Positions 48,656-58,798 of a stretch of 64,000 bases of DNA are shown piece by piece. How positions within the stretch are numbered: the stretch's first letter is position 1; each line of letters begins with the position of its first letter. The stretch lies in NCBI GenBank assembly GCA_963693055.1, contig OY843751.1, forward strand, positions 3,360,001 through 3,424,000, written 5' to 3'. The position numbers were made by a program, and so were the translations under genes. The notes beneath the pieces were generated by a model. The model searched no databases. It was not told where the DNA came from and saw only the letters and a program-made list of their open reading frames with translations. The stretch is from a bacterium. Lineage in GTDB: Bacteria; Zhuqueibacterota; Zhuqueibacteria; Residuimicrobiales; Krinioviventaceae.

Positions 48656-49650
48656 ATACTTGTTTCCTTTATCAATTTTCCAACAATATTCTCCAGATCC
48701 TGTACTCCGCATTCAAGATCAGATTTACGAATATATTCATCATCACAATGGGCTACATCAATAGAACCAGGGCCATACAATAATATCTTGCCCAGAGGAC
48801 GTAGGTATGAAGCGTCTGTTCCAAAACTGACAATTGATTTTTCAAATCCTTCAACAGTATAGAGATGCAAAGGCTCAGATTCGCTTAAATATTCAATACG
48901 AATTTTTTCAGTTTTAATAGTATTAATGATATTTTTGATATCATTAACCGATGTGGACACACGAAAAATACCTTCAACACTGGCAGCAGGTGCAATAACA
49001 TTCATTCCACTTCCACCGGAAATTTTTCCAAAATTCAGGGTAGACGCTCCAAATACAGGATCAACACCCCAATCCGTCTCCAACCATTGCGTCATATATT
49101 GTACAAGACGGTGAATTGCAGAATCACCATTATCAGGATTACAAGAATGACCGCCTTTTCCTGATGCTTGAATTCGAAATACAATGGTACCTTTTTGTCC
49201 GGCAACCAGTTTGTTTTCTGTTGGCTCGCCAATAATCACATATCTGGATTCCAGATCCAAACGAGCTGCCATTTTAGCACCATCAGAATCCAGTTCTTCA
49301 CCCACAACAAAGAGCAAACCAAAATTCTGTATACCTTTAGAACGCAAACGATCACCGGCTTCAACCATTGCAACAATCTGACCTTTTGCATCACATGCGC
49401 CTCTTCCAAATATTTTTTCTTCTGTTTTACTATACTCACAAAATGGCAATACGGTATCCATATGTGAATTGAGAAGAACGATTGGAGTATCATCTGTCAA
49501 GGCAAGAACATTGAATCTGTCTTTAGTAACTGGCTGCGCAGTAACATGATATCCCTTTTGCTTTAACAGATCCAGCAAGAATTGACCAACCTCCCCCTCC
49601 TGCCTGGAAGGTGATGGTATACGGATCATATTTTCAAGCAAAGAGATCAT
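48652..49650 (-). CDS. M20 family metallo-hydrolase (ArgE/DapE-like deacylase)
   Basis: NSHMDTV, GRGACDAKG, VGEE, GEPT and GPGSIDVAH. Confidence 0.88.
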   Translation of the reverse strand: MISLLENMIRIPSPSRQEGEVGQFLLDLLKQKGYHVTAQPVTKDRFNVLALTDDTPIVLLNSHMDTVLPFCEYSKTEEKIFGRGACDAKGQIVAMVEAGDRLRSKGIQNFGLLFVVGEELDSDGAKMAARLDLESRYVIIGEPTENKLVAGQKGTIVFRIQASGKGGHSCNPDNGDSAIHRLVQYMTQWLETDWGVDPVFGASTLNFGKISGGSGMNVIAPAASVEGIFRVSTSVNDIKNIINTIKTEKIRIEYLSESEPLHLYTVEGFEKSIVSFGTDASYLRPLGKILLYGPGSIDVAHCDDEYIRKSDLECGVQDLENIVGKLIKETSI

Positions 49651-49665
49651 TGAACACCACTATAT

Positions 49666-49707
49666 AAAAAAAAAGGTTGAAAGAATGGAGAACCGTTTCA
49701 ATCAACC
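49666..49707 (-). terminator. Expression-platform terminator of the lysine riboswitch
   Basis: Minus strand GGTTGA...TCAACC imperfect hairpin plus T9, lying between the aptamer and the first ATG. Confidence 0.7.
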
Positions 49708-49730
49708 AACTAATGAGTTATCAGCCTGTC

Positions 49731-49907
49731 AACTAATAGCGCTCCACGGCTTTTTTCTCCGTGACAGTCCGGCAGTTATTCACATACCGACCCAACAATA
49801 CACATTCGCAGTTGTGTATTGTTTCGGCCTGTTATCCTTTCACATGTTGTCTACAAAACTGCAATCTCTCAAACATGTTACTTTTATAACAAGCACCTCT
49901 ATCAAGT
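49731..49907 (-). ncRNA. Lysine riboswitch (L-box) aptamer
   Basis: Minus strand reads AGAGGTGC...AGTA...GAAAGG...GCCGAA...TTGGG...GAATA...GGACTGTCAC...GTGGAGCGCTA, the L-box motifs in order. Directly upstream of the lysC-dap operon. Confidence 0.92.
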
Positions 49908-50064
49908 CAATAAACATACAAAAAATAGTATAAATTTGCAACTTGTTTATTTTAAATTACAAGATATTACAAATGAAACACACAAAAAAAAACAATATAT
50001 ATTTGCAATATTTCATCACAAACTGTTGTTCTAATCACAAATCAAACTATATGGGAGGAATAAT

Positions 50065-50262
50065 ATGTTAAATACAATTGGAGAATTGTCTGGTAATATT
50101 TGGAAAGTACTAGATGATAAAGGTGAACTAACATTAGTTAAATTGAAAAAATCTTTAGACGCAGATGATTTTTCTCTCTACACTGCACTGGGTTGGCTGG
50201 CTAGAGAAGATAAAATCAATATTGATAAATCCGGACGTTCAGTCAAAATATCATTAAAATAA
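50065..50262 (+). CDS. Small winged-helix protein (DUF2582-like)
   Basis: IGELSGNIWKVL...ALGWLAREDKI. GGGAGG SD. Confidence 0.85.
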   Translation: MLNTIGELSGNIWKVLDDKGELTLVKLKKSLDADDFSLYTALGWLAREDKINIDKSGRSVKISLK

Positions 50263-50988
50263 TCAGATAAATTTTTCACGTTTTTGCAGGTTTAACAAAC
50301 CCGCAAGCAGCATAAGGATAGTGGCGGATAAAATGTACAAGCGATTTTTCATTTTCAAATCCGCCCATATCACCTCACTTATCTCTTCAGGAATGTGAAA
50401 TGGATTTAAAAACAGATTCCATTCACTCTCTCTTAAAATTCCACTCAACACCCAAAATGCCATACCAAATGCAACCAAAATTACCATAGATCCAAATCCA
50501 TTTCTAACCCAAGTAGACAGCATAAATGCAAAACACCCAATAAAAAAGATGGGAAACATGAGTTGGTAAACCATGGTGAGAATATGAAACTCGCTGATTG
50601 CTACAAAGCTGAGCAATGACAGAAAAACAAGCAAAGCAAATACCAATACATATATAATTGTCATTCTAACCAGCCAGACTTTGTATCGGTAATCCGGAAT
50701 ACCAAAGAGAATTTCAATCATCCGGTTATCCATATCGTGCTGTATACCAAATGTAGTAGGGTAAAAAATGAGCAACAGTCCGGGGAACAGCAATAAATAG
50801 TAGACAGTTGCTGCATCAGGAACAGTATCGCTGTTGAAAAATATCAGCAAACCAATCAACAGATAAAACACAAAAGCAGCTAACAAGAAATAGATAAACA
50901 GATTGCCAAAAATGATCTTTAAATTGTATCGAACAATCTTGTTGATGAGCGAAAATGAATTCCGGATTTTTGCTTTATCTATAAACAT
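50263..50988 (-). CDS. ABC-2-type permease-like membrane protein
   Basis: About 6 TM helices, D..NRMIEILFGIP loop, FLNPF. Overlaps the end of the RND-ABC gene. Start uncertain (50988 or 51003). Confidence 0.65.
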   Translation of the reverse strand: MFIDKAKIRNSFSLINKIVRYNLKIIFGNLFIYFLLAAFVFYLLIGLLIFFNSDTVPDAATVYYLLLFPGLLLIFYPTTFGIQHDMDNRMIEILFGIPDYRYKVWLVRMTIIYVLVFALLVFLSLLSFVAISEFHILTMVYQLMFPIFFIGCFAFMLSTWVRNGFGSMVILVAFGMAFWVLSGILRESEWNLFLNPFHIPEEISEVIWADLKMKNRLYILSATILMLLAGLLNLQKREKFI

Positions 50989-53900
50989 TATCTTTTTTTC
51001 CATATTGCAATAACCATAAATACGCATCTTCCAGTGTGGGCTGTACTGTTACCGCATCATCTGCCGGTTTTTCGATTGATAAACAACGAATTCTTATCTT
51101 TTCATCTACCCGCATATGATGTATTACTGTATATTTCTCACTCGTCTCACTAAACTCTGTAGGATCAATATAAAACTGCCAGATATGATCTTTGGCAAGG
51201 GTAACCATATTCATGGGATCGCCAAGATAACGCAATTGTCCCCTGTTCATAACCGCAACTTTATTACAGGAACTGGCTATATCTTCAATAATGTGTGTGG
51301 AAAAGATGACAATTCTTTCTCTGGCCAATTCTACCAGCAAGTTTCTAAAACGTATACGTTCACGGGGATCCAAGCCGGCTGTGGGTTCATCAACAACAAG
51401 AATACGTGGCAGATGTAACAGCGTTTGTGCAATTCCCACACGTTGCTTCATACCACCGGAAAATGATTCTATTTTTTTGTGCTGATGTTCCAGCATATGA
51501 ACAGCTTTTAAAACATACTCGATGCGTTCAAGCCGATCTTTTTCATTTAACAGTCCTTTAAGAATTGACTGGTAATTCAAAAACTCGAATGCCGTCATAT
51601 TCTCGTACATGCCAAATTCCTGCGGCAAATATCCAATCAATCCCTGTAATTCTTCACGCTTTTCATTGATATTGTAATGGTTTATCCAAATACGTCCACG
51701 GGACTGGTCCAAAATTCCACAGATAATGCGCATCAGTGTGGTTTTACCGGCACCATTGGGCCCCAGCAAACCAAACATACCACTGCCAATCTCGAGCGAG
51801 ATTCCATCCAATGCCCGGAACGGATTCTTTTTACGACCTATTACCGGAATAAACTGGACCAATCGATAAAAATTCTTTCGGATTCCCTTAAACTTGCCCT
51901 GTATGCGAACAATATCAATTTTTTCACGATGCAAACGATTAGAAGTGGTATAAATCGCCAATGCCAGATACCACACAACGCCGATAAAAGCAACGATGGG
52001 TATATTGTCCCATTTCATATAAAAAATAAACAGATTAATACAGGGTATCATCCACATGCAGAATTTAAACAATTTATCTGTTTTTGAACTTTTCCAGCGT
52101 TCCAACATGGGCTTGAGCAAATAAACCACAAAGAAAAATACAATATGGGACATGACAAACATCCAGAAACCACTGCGCAGGTAAAAATAGGTAAAGTAGA
52201 TCAATCCACCTAACAGGGGCAGTTCCCATACCAGGGTTTCCAGATCATGACGGGTTTTATAGGATTTAAATATACCGTCTTTTTCCCGCATATGTTTACC
52301 CTTGTTCCACTCTCTTGAAAAACGGGAATAGTCGTCATATACTTTAACCAGATGACGAATTTTTATAGTTATCGTTTCATCAGCTCCTATCATTTCAGCG
52401 TTTGCACGACGCAAGCTTGTCAAGATAAACAATGTCATGGATGGGATGACAAATAACAGTAAAAATACATCAATGAACCGCCAGAGAATACTGCTAACCT
52501 GCACATATACCAGCCAAATTCCCAGTGCCAGTAATATCACCTGAATGAGTTTAATTTTTAATGACAAACCGTTGAACCATTCAATAGCAGTTTCAAGTCC
52601 AACATAGACCGTAGGGATAAATACCAGCGTAAATAAAGTACTGAGTGATAATCCGCCTATCACAGTTATGGCAAAAGGAGCTCCAATCTGAGATACGTAT
52701 TCTGCTTTACCCATAGCCAGAGGAAGCATTGCAATAATTGTTGTAATAGCAGTGATCAGAATGGGGCGTGTTCTGGCATGTCCGGCCATCATAATCGCTC
52801 GGGTACGTGAATAATTGTTTCTAATCAACCAACGGGTATAATCTATAAAAATAATACCATTATTCACCACAACTCCCAACAAAATAAGAAATCCTATTAA
52901 TGTGTTGGCATTGAGGATGGAATTACCGGTAAAGATCAGCGCCCATAGAGATCCGATAGCAGCAAGCGGAATGGTGAACATCATAACCAATGGAGTAGAA
53001 ACCGATTCAAATACAGAAGCAAGAATCATAAAAATCAAAATAAATGCGGCTCCAATCAAAAAGTAAAAATCGTCAAGGCCCAGATCTTCATGTATAATTT
53101 CTACGGCTATACCGGAAGGGAATTGTAAATTTGCTACTAGCTGATCAATCTCGTAACGTGCATCATCAAGATACTCTTTGGAATCCAATACATCATCAAT
53201 AAACCGGTAATTGACTTGTATTAATTTTTCCTGATTTACTCTGTTAATGCCGGCAAGTCCTTCGGAATAGATAATCTGGCTGAGGTTCTGCAATTCATAA
53301 TTTCCACCGGATGAAGACGGAACCTGCAATTCCTGTAAATCCTGAAATTTCTTTTCTTCCGTATTATCACTACGGATTACAATATCATATTCTTCATCAT
53401 CAGTCTTGAAATTAACATTGGCGGAAAACTCTTCCTGAAACGCAGACAATTCACTGGACACAGAAGACAAGGGAACATTGTACATGCTGAGAATATTTTT
53501 ATCCAGCATTAAATGTATTTCGGGACGATTGTCAGAAACATTGACATTCGCATTATTAATGGATGTCAAATCTTCGAGATAGGTAACCAGATCATCAGCA
53601 ACATTACGCATGATCTGAAAATCCGTACCCTTGATTTCAATACGCTCTTCTTCCCCACCTATTCCCAGCATTCTCTCAAATGAAGCACCAGGATTACGAG
53701 AACCACCGCCTCCACGGAATCGACTGCTGGACGACGGTTCGGAAAAACTGATTTCAGATACCGGCAGCCGCATCCGGTCTATACCTTCTTCAATATTATC
53801 TTTGATCTGCGGAATGGTTCGTTTATTGATGTCATAATAATCATCTTTAAGGATGATTGTAAGTATGGCCTCTTCTTCATAAATTTTAGAGATCACATCC

Positions 53901-55678
53901 TGTTTTTCTTCCAGACTTTCAAGCTGACTTTCAACTTTGGCAACAAGCTGATCAGTATTCTCAAGTGTTGAGCCACTGGGCATGGTTACATACAGATTGA
54001 TCTCTGTGGTTTCAGCCTCACTTCCTACGTTGATACTGACAGCCAAAGCAATCAATAAAGTTACAAAAAACGCTACTACCGTCAAAACGATAGTTCGAGC
54101 AGGATACCGTAAACAGGATTTCAGCAAAACATTATAGATTTGAAACAATCGGTTTTTCATGGAAATCTGCACAAAATGGGTAATCTTGGTCATCCCCGAA
54201 TGCTTTAAAATAAAATGAATTGCCATGGGAATCAATAACAAGGCTACTACCAGAGAAACACCCAAAGTCGAAATAATAGAAACGCCTACATGTCTGCCAA
54301 GTAATTTCACAAAAACGTTGGAAGCAAAAATAAAGGGCAAAAAAACAGTAATGGTTGTCAGTGTTGCAGCAAATATGGAACGCCAAACCTGGGTTGTTCC
54401 ATTCAGTACCGCATAATCCGGATCTTTACGATTGGCATATAATCGATATATATTCTCCAGCACCACCACCGCATTGTCAAGCAGCATTCCTATGGCAAGG
54501 GCCATCCCTACCAGTGTCAGGCTGTTTATGCTGACATCAAAGGCATAAAAAAGATTAAACGCGGTAATAATAGAGATGGGGATTGCCAGGGCGATAATTA
54601 CAACCATGCGCATGTTTCTTAAAAATATCCACAAAACCAAAACAGCCATTAAACCACCGGTTAGAGCAAGTTCCTTGATCAGGTTAATATTGGTTTCAAC
54701 TGTTTCGGCAGAATCCGTTTGAATGATAACCTCAACATCATCATTCTTTAATTCGTGGTTTAATCGGTCAATAACTTTGCGTGTATTGTGAGACAACTCG
54801 ATGAGATTTACCTGAGTATCACGCACCAGCTGCAAAGTAATTGCATCTTTACCATTTACCCTGCTGATGGTCTCTTGCTGCTTTAAACCAAAATAAACAT
54901 CTGCAACATCTTTGAGGTAAACCGGACCCTCTACATCAACAATGATATTTTCAATTTGAGAAACATCCGTATAATCTGCAGTAATATTTACAAAATAATG
55001 TAAATCATTCTGATAAACATGTCCCGCAAAACTTTTGTATTGATTGTTTCTTGCAATCAATTGACGAATTGTTGCTGTTGTAATACCATAGGCCTTGCTG
55101 GCCTCTTCGCTTACAATCACTTCAATGGATTGCTGCTGCCCCCCCAGCGTTTCCACACTTGCCATACCGTCAATATTTGCAAGCTCGTCGGTAATCTTTT
55201 GATCAATGACTGCGCGTATCCGCTCAAGTCCGCCACTCCCCCGAACCTGCAATGTCATAAACATGTTTGCCAATTGTTCGGTATCAATCTTCATGACATT
55301 GATCATAAACTCGTCTTCAAGTTCGACTTTTAAAGCGGTAAGACGCTCTTCAAGACGGAGGTACGCGTACTTTATATTAACACTGGGATTAAAGTAAATA
55401 AATACCGTACTGCGACCACGATCAGCAAATGATTCTATTTTGTCAATCCCTTCAAGAGTACTGACTACACCCTCAACCGGGATAATGGCTTTTTTCTCAA
55501 TATATTCCGGGTCCGTATCCTGTGCACCGGCAATGGATACAATTAAATATGGCATTTCTGTGTTGGGCAGCAATTCCACAGGAAGCTGATAGTATGAAAC
55601 CAGTCCCAAAAGACACAGTCCCACGAATAGCATTGAGATAAAAACTTTACGATTAATAATAAAACGTACGATTTCCAT
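50975..55678 (-). CDS. RND (AcrB-family) permease fused to extra TM helices and a C-terminal ABC ATPase domain
   Basis: RND motifs LPVELLP, AIGMLLDNAVVVLENI, VVVNNGI and RTRPILIT. ABC motifs GPNGAGKTT, YLPQEF (Q-loop), FSGGMKQR, ILVVDEPTAGLDP and STH. One uninterrupted 1567-aa frame. Confidence 0.9.
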   Translation of the reverse strand: MEIVRFIINRKVFISMLFVGLCLLGLVSYYQLPVELLPNTEMPYLIVSIAGAQDTDPEYIEKKAIIPVEGVVSTLEGIDKIESFADRGRSTVFIYFNPSVNIKYAYLRLEERLTALKVELEDEFMINVMKIDTEQLANMFMTLQVRGSGGLERIRAVIDQKITDELANIDGMASVETLGGQQQSIEVIVSEEASKAYGITTATIRQLIARNNQYKSFAGHVYQNDLHYFVNITADYTDVSQIENIIVDVEGPVYLKDVADVYFGLKQQETISRVNGKDAITLQLVRDTQVNLIELSHNTRKVIDRLNHELKNDDVEVIIQTDSAETVETNINLIKELALTGGLMAVLVLWIFLRNMRMVVIIALAIPISIITAFNLFYAFDVSINSLTLVGMALAIGMLLDNAVVVLENIYRLYANRKDPDYAVLNGTTQVWRSIFAATLTTITVFLPFIFASNVFVKLLGRHVGVSIISTLGVSLVVALLLIPMAIHFILKHSGMTKITHFVQISMKNRLFQIYNVLLKSCLRYPARTIVLTVVAFFVTLLIALAVSINVGSEAETTEINLYVTMPSGSTLENTDQLVAKVESQLESLEEKQDVISKIYEEEAILTIILKDDYYDINKRTIPQIKDNIEEGIDRMRLPVSEISFSEPSSSSRFRGGGGSRNPGASFERMLGIGGEEERIEIKGTDFQIMRNVADDLVTYLEDLTSINNANVNVSDNRPEIHLMLDKNILSMYNVPLSSVSSELSAFQEEFSANVNFKTDDEEYDIVIRSDNTEEKKFQDLQELQVPSSSGGNYELQNLSQIIYSEGLAGINRVNQEKLIQVNYRFIDDVLDSKEYLDDARYEIDQLVANLQFPSGIAVEIIHEDLGLDDFYFLIGAAFILIFMILASVFESVSTPLVMMFTIPLAAIGSLWALIFTGNSILNANTLIGFLILLGVVVNNGIIFIDYTRWLIRNNYSRTRAIMMAGHARTRPILITAITTIIAMLPLAMGKAEYVSQIGAPFAITVIGGLSLSTLFTLVFIPTVYVGLETAIEWFNGLSLKIKLIQVILLALGIWLVYVQVSSILWRFIDVFLLLFVIPSMTLFILTSLRRANAEMIGADETITIKIRHLVKVYDDYSRFSREWNKGKHMREKDGIFKSYKTRHDLETLVWELPLLGGLIYFTYFYLRSGFWMFVMSHIVFFFVVYLLKPMLERWKSSKTDKLFKFCMWMIPCINLFIFYMKWDNIPIVAFIGVVWYLALAIYTTSNRLHREKIDIVRIQGKFKGIRKNFYRLVQFIPVIGRKKNPFRALDGISLEIGSGMFGLLGPNGAGKTTLMRIICGILDQSRGRIWINHYNINEKREELQGLIGYLPQEFGMYENMTAFEFLNYQSILKGLLNEKDRLERIEYVLKAVHMLEHQHKKIESFSGGMKQRVGIAQTLLHLPRILVVDEPTAGLDPRERIRFRNLLVELARERIVIFSTHIIEDIASSCNKVAVMNRGQLRYLGDPMNMVTLAKDHIWQFYIDPTEFSETSEKYTVIHHMRVDEKIRIRCLSIEKPADDAVTVQPTLEDAYLWLLQYGKKDNVYR

Positions 55679-55690
55679 AATTCAGTACCG

Positions 55691-58600
55691 TTAATCCGGA
55701 TATGTGGGATTGATTAACCGATCTATTTTCAGATAAACACATGGAATCACGATCAGGGTCAACAGTGTTGAACTCACCAAACCGCCAATCACTGCAAGGG
55801 CCAATGGAGATCGCAGCGAAGCGCCTTCGCCTATGCCCAACGTCAACGGCAATAAAGCCAGAATTGTCGTCAAACTGGTCATAATAATAGGACGGATACG
55901 TCGTTGTCCCGCCGCCAGTATAGCTTCTCTGCGAGGTTTTCCCTCTTGTTTGACCTGGTTTATGGCATCAACGAGAATAATAGAGTCATTCACCGCTATA
56001 CCTGCAAGCATAATCATACCAATAAATGCCATAACATTAAAAGATTGTCCCATAATCAGGAACAATAAAACAGAACCAACACCTGCAAGTGGTATTGTCA
56101 ACAAAATGGTAAAAGGATGAACCAGAGATTCAAATTGAGATGCCATTACCATATATACCAGAATGATAGATAATAATAATGCAAATTTCAAATTACCAAA
56201 AGCCTCACGGCGCATCAACTCTTCACCAGCGACCTCGTATCTGTATTCCGGAGGCAGTTCGAGCTGATCCATTTCATCCAGTATTTGAGATACAATAGCA
56301 TTCAAGGGTTTATCACTCTGGATTTGTGCAGATAATTTGCCAATTCGTACCTGATTACGACGATATATTTCATTCAATGTCTGACTGGTTTCAATTTCAG
56401 CTAACTGGTCAAGTCTATACACCTCGTCACCGGAACGAATTTCAAGCCCGGGAAGCTCGCTCAACGAGACATCCGGCACTTTGACAAGTATATCCTGACT
56501 TTCGCCTTCGTTCTGCCAGTCTCCCGCCTCACGACCGGAAAGATGGTCTTCAATCTGCTGGGTAATGGTTTCGATATTGATACCCAACAAACCCGAGCGA
56601 ACACGATCGACATGGACTTGGACTTCAGGACGTCCTTCATCAAAATTGGTAGTCATGTTTACCAGATCACTGATATTTTCCAAACGCTGTTTTGCCTGTT
56701 CAGTTAAAGTTTGGATGGTTTCCAAATCTTGTCCCTGGATCTCTACAACAATGGGTGAACTTTTAGTTCCAAGGATATTTTGCAATTCGGATTGCTCTTG
56801 AACAATGTCAAATTCAAAATCAGCAATCTGATGTAATGCTGTTGAAAGCCTTGAAACGATTTGTTTTCCGGTTCCTTTATGGTCAGGAACCAATTTAAAT
56901 AAAATGGATGCCGTATTTTCATCCTGATACTCGGTCTCTTCAAGGCCCGTCAGGCTGGTAGTGGGGCCAATAAGACTGTACAGAATTTCTATTTCATCAC
57001 CCAAAATATTTTGCACAATGGTTTCGATATTCTTTACTGTACCTTCGGTGCGATTGATCTCGGTTCCTTCCGCAAGGCGAATATTGATTGTAAAATCATT
57101 AGATTCGGTTTTGGGGATAAATTCACTGCCAACAACCGGAAGCAGAAAATATGTTCCAATAACCAGTATAACCGCAATTAATATAATTCTTCCGGAATTG
57201 TTTAATACCTTGGCCAGAAAACGGGGATACCCCGGAAATCCAACTGATGTCATTTTTTTGGATTTTTCATGCTTTAGCAACCATACACTTAGCATGGGTA
57301 TTACAAGAATTGCAACAAATAAAGACGATATCAAGGAAAACGCAACCGTCCAGGCCTGATCTTTGAACAACTCACCGGCAGAACCATGCAGATAGACGAT
57401 AGGTAAAAACACGACTATGGTTGTAAGGGTCGAAGCGGTAATTGCGCCGCCAACAGTAGCAGTGCCCTTGATGGCTGCCTCTTTGAGTGGTAAACCTTCT
57501 TCCAGGTATCGGTAAATATTTTCAACAACAATAATGGCATTGTCTACCAGCATACCGGCACCCAGAGCAAGACCTCCCAATGTCATAATATTGAGTGTTA
57601 ATCCTTTAAAATATAGCAAATTAAAAGTTGCCACAATAGATATTGGGATTGCTATACTGATAATGGATGTCACACCAATTCTTTTTAAAAACACAAACAA
57701 AACCAGTACTGCAAGCAGCACACCAATGAGTGCGGTTTGTTTGACTTCATTTACTGAGGAGATAATAAAGTCACCCTGATTTCGTATCAACTGGAATTCA
57801 TATCCGGGTAATGCGGCGTTTAATTCATCAAGCTCGTCTAGCAACCGTTCAACAGCTTTGACCGTATTGAACCGGGTTTCTTTATAAATTGCCAGAGCCA
57901 TACAGCGTTGACCGTTAACATGTACAATATTGTCCGGTTCATGGTTTATAAACTTGACCTCGGCAACATCTTTGAGAAAAACGGGAATCCGGTTTGCAAT
58001 ACTTGCATCTGAACCCGTGGTGGTAACGGTAGAAGCGGCTTCCTGTTTATAAGTCACAATTACATTTTCAATATCTTCAATGGTTTTAAACTCGCCTACA
58101 CCTTTTATAATATATTTTCGTCCCATTTCCTGAATAGAACCGCCAGACATGTTTAAATTATAGCTGGCCAGTTGCTGTGCAATCAAATCCGTTGTAATTC
58201 CAAAAGCTTCCAGCAAATAAGAATTGGTCTCAACGACAACCTCCTGAACCTCCTGACCTAACAATTCTACTTCGGCTATACCTTCAAGGCGAACCAGCTC
58301 ATTACGTATATAATTTTCAGCAACCTGACGCAATTCATCCATATCAGTAATTTCAGGATGGCTGAATCCCAACAGCATAACCGGAGCGGCGTTGGGATCG
58401 TAACGGGATATGGTCAACTCGTCAATGTCCGAGTTTTGCTCAAAACTGGTAAGAGCTTTTTGCAGATCCAGGAATGTTTCATCCATATCCGCATCCCAGG
58501 TGTATTCTACAGTAATCTCGGCAGTTCCTACACGTGAAATAGAAGAAACCTGTACTGCGTGACGCTGACGAATAGCTATGGATTCTATATTTTCCACAAA

Positions 58601-58789
58601 TTGCTTTTCTATCTCGTCAGGTGGACGTTCACCAGCTTTTAATTCAATAAAAATCTTGGGACTGTTTAAATCAGGGAACAGATCCATACCCAATTTTTTA
58701 AAAGAAATGAAACCCAGTAACAAAAATGCCAACACAAGCATTAAAATTGAAACGGGATATTGTACCGAAAATTTTGCCAGTTTTTCCAT
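55691..58789 (-). CDS. RND efflux permease (AcrB/MdtB family)
   Basis: MDLFPD, GMLVDNAIIVVENI, ASQFES, GIAVNDSI and RIRPIIMT. Confidence 0.95.
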   Translation of the reverse strand: MEKLAKFSVQYPVSILMLVLAFLLLGFISFKKLGMDLFPDLNSPKIFIELKAGERPPDEIEKQFVENIESIAIRQRHAVQVSSISRVGTAEITVEYTWDADMDETFLDLQKALTSFEQNSDIDELTISRYDPNAAPVMLLGFSHPEITDMDELRQVAENYIRNELVRLEGIAEVELLGQEVQEVVVETNSYLLEAFGITTDLIAQQLASYNLNMSGGSIQEMGRKYIIKGVGEFKTIEDIENVIVTYKQEAASTVTTTGSDASIANRIPVFLKDVAEVKFINHEPDNIVHVNGQRCMALAIYKETRFNTVKAVERLLDELDELNAALPGYEFQLIRNQGDFIISSVNEVKQTALIGVLLAVLVLFVFLKRIGVTSIISIAIPISIVATFNLLYFKGLTLNIMTLGGLALGAGMLVDNAIIVVENIYRYLEEGLPLKEAAIKGTATVGGAITASTLTTIVVFLPIVYLHGSAGELFKDQAWTVAFSLISSLFVAILVIPMLSVWLLKHEKSKKMTSVGFPGYPRFLAKVLNNSGRIILIAVILVIGTYFLLPVVGSEFIPKTESNDFTINIRLAEGTEINRTEGTVKNIETIVQNILGDEIEILYSLIGPTTSLTGLEETEYQDENTASILFKLVPDHKGTGKQIVSRLSTALHQIADFEFDIVQEQSELQNILGTKSSPIVVEIQGQDLETIQTLTEQAKQRLENISDLVNMTTNFDEGRPEVQVHVDRVRSGLLGINIETITQQIEDHLSGREAGDWQNEGESQDILVKVPDVSLSELPGLEIRSGDEVYRLDQLAEIETSQTLNEIYRRNQVRIGKLSAQIQSDKPLNAIVSQILDEMDQLELPPEYRYEVAGEELMRREAFGNLKFALLLSIILVYMVMASQFESLVHPFTILLTIPLAGVGSVLLFLIMGQSFNVMAFIGMIMLAGIAVNDSIILVDAINQVKQEGKPRREAILAAGQRRIRPIIMTSLTTILALLPLTLGIGEGASLRSPLALAVIGGLVSSTLLTLIVIPCVYLKIDRLINPTYPD

Positions 58790-58798
58790 AATAAACCG

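Noticed and set aside
49685-50034. ORFs 49685..49933 and 49819..50034
   Set aside because: They lie antisense to the lysine riboswitch and its promoter region and have no protein features.
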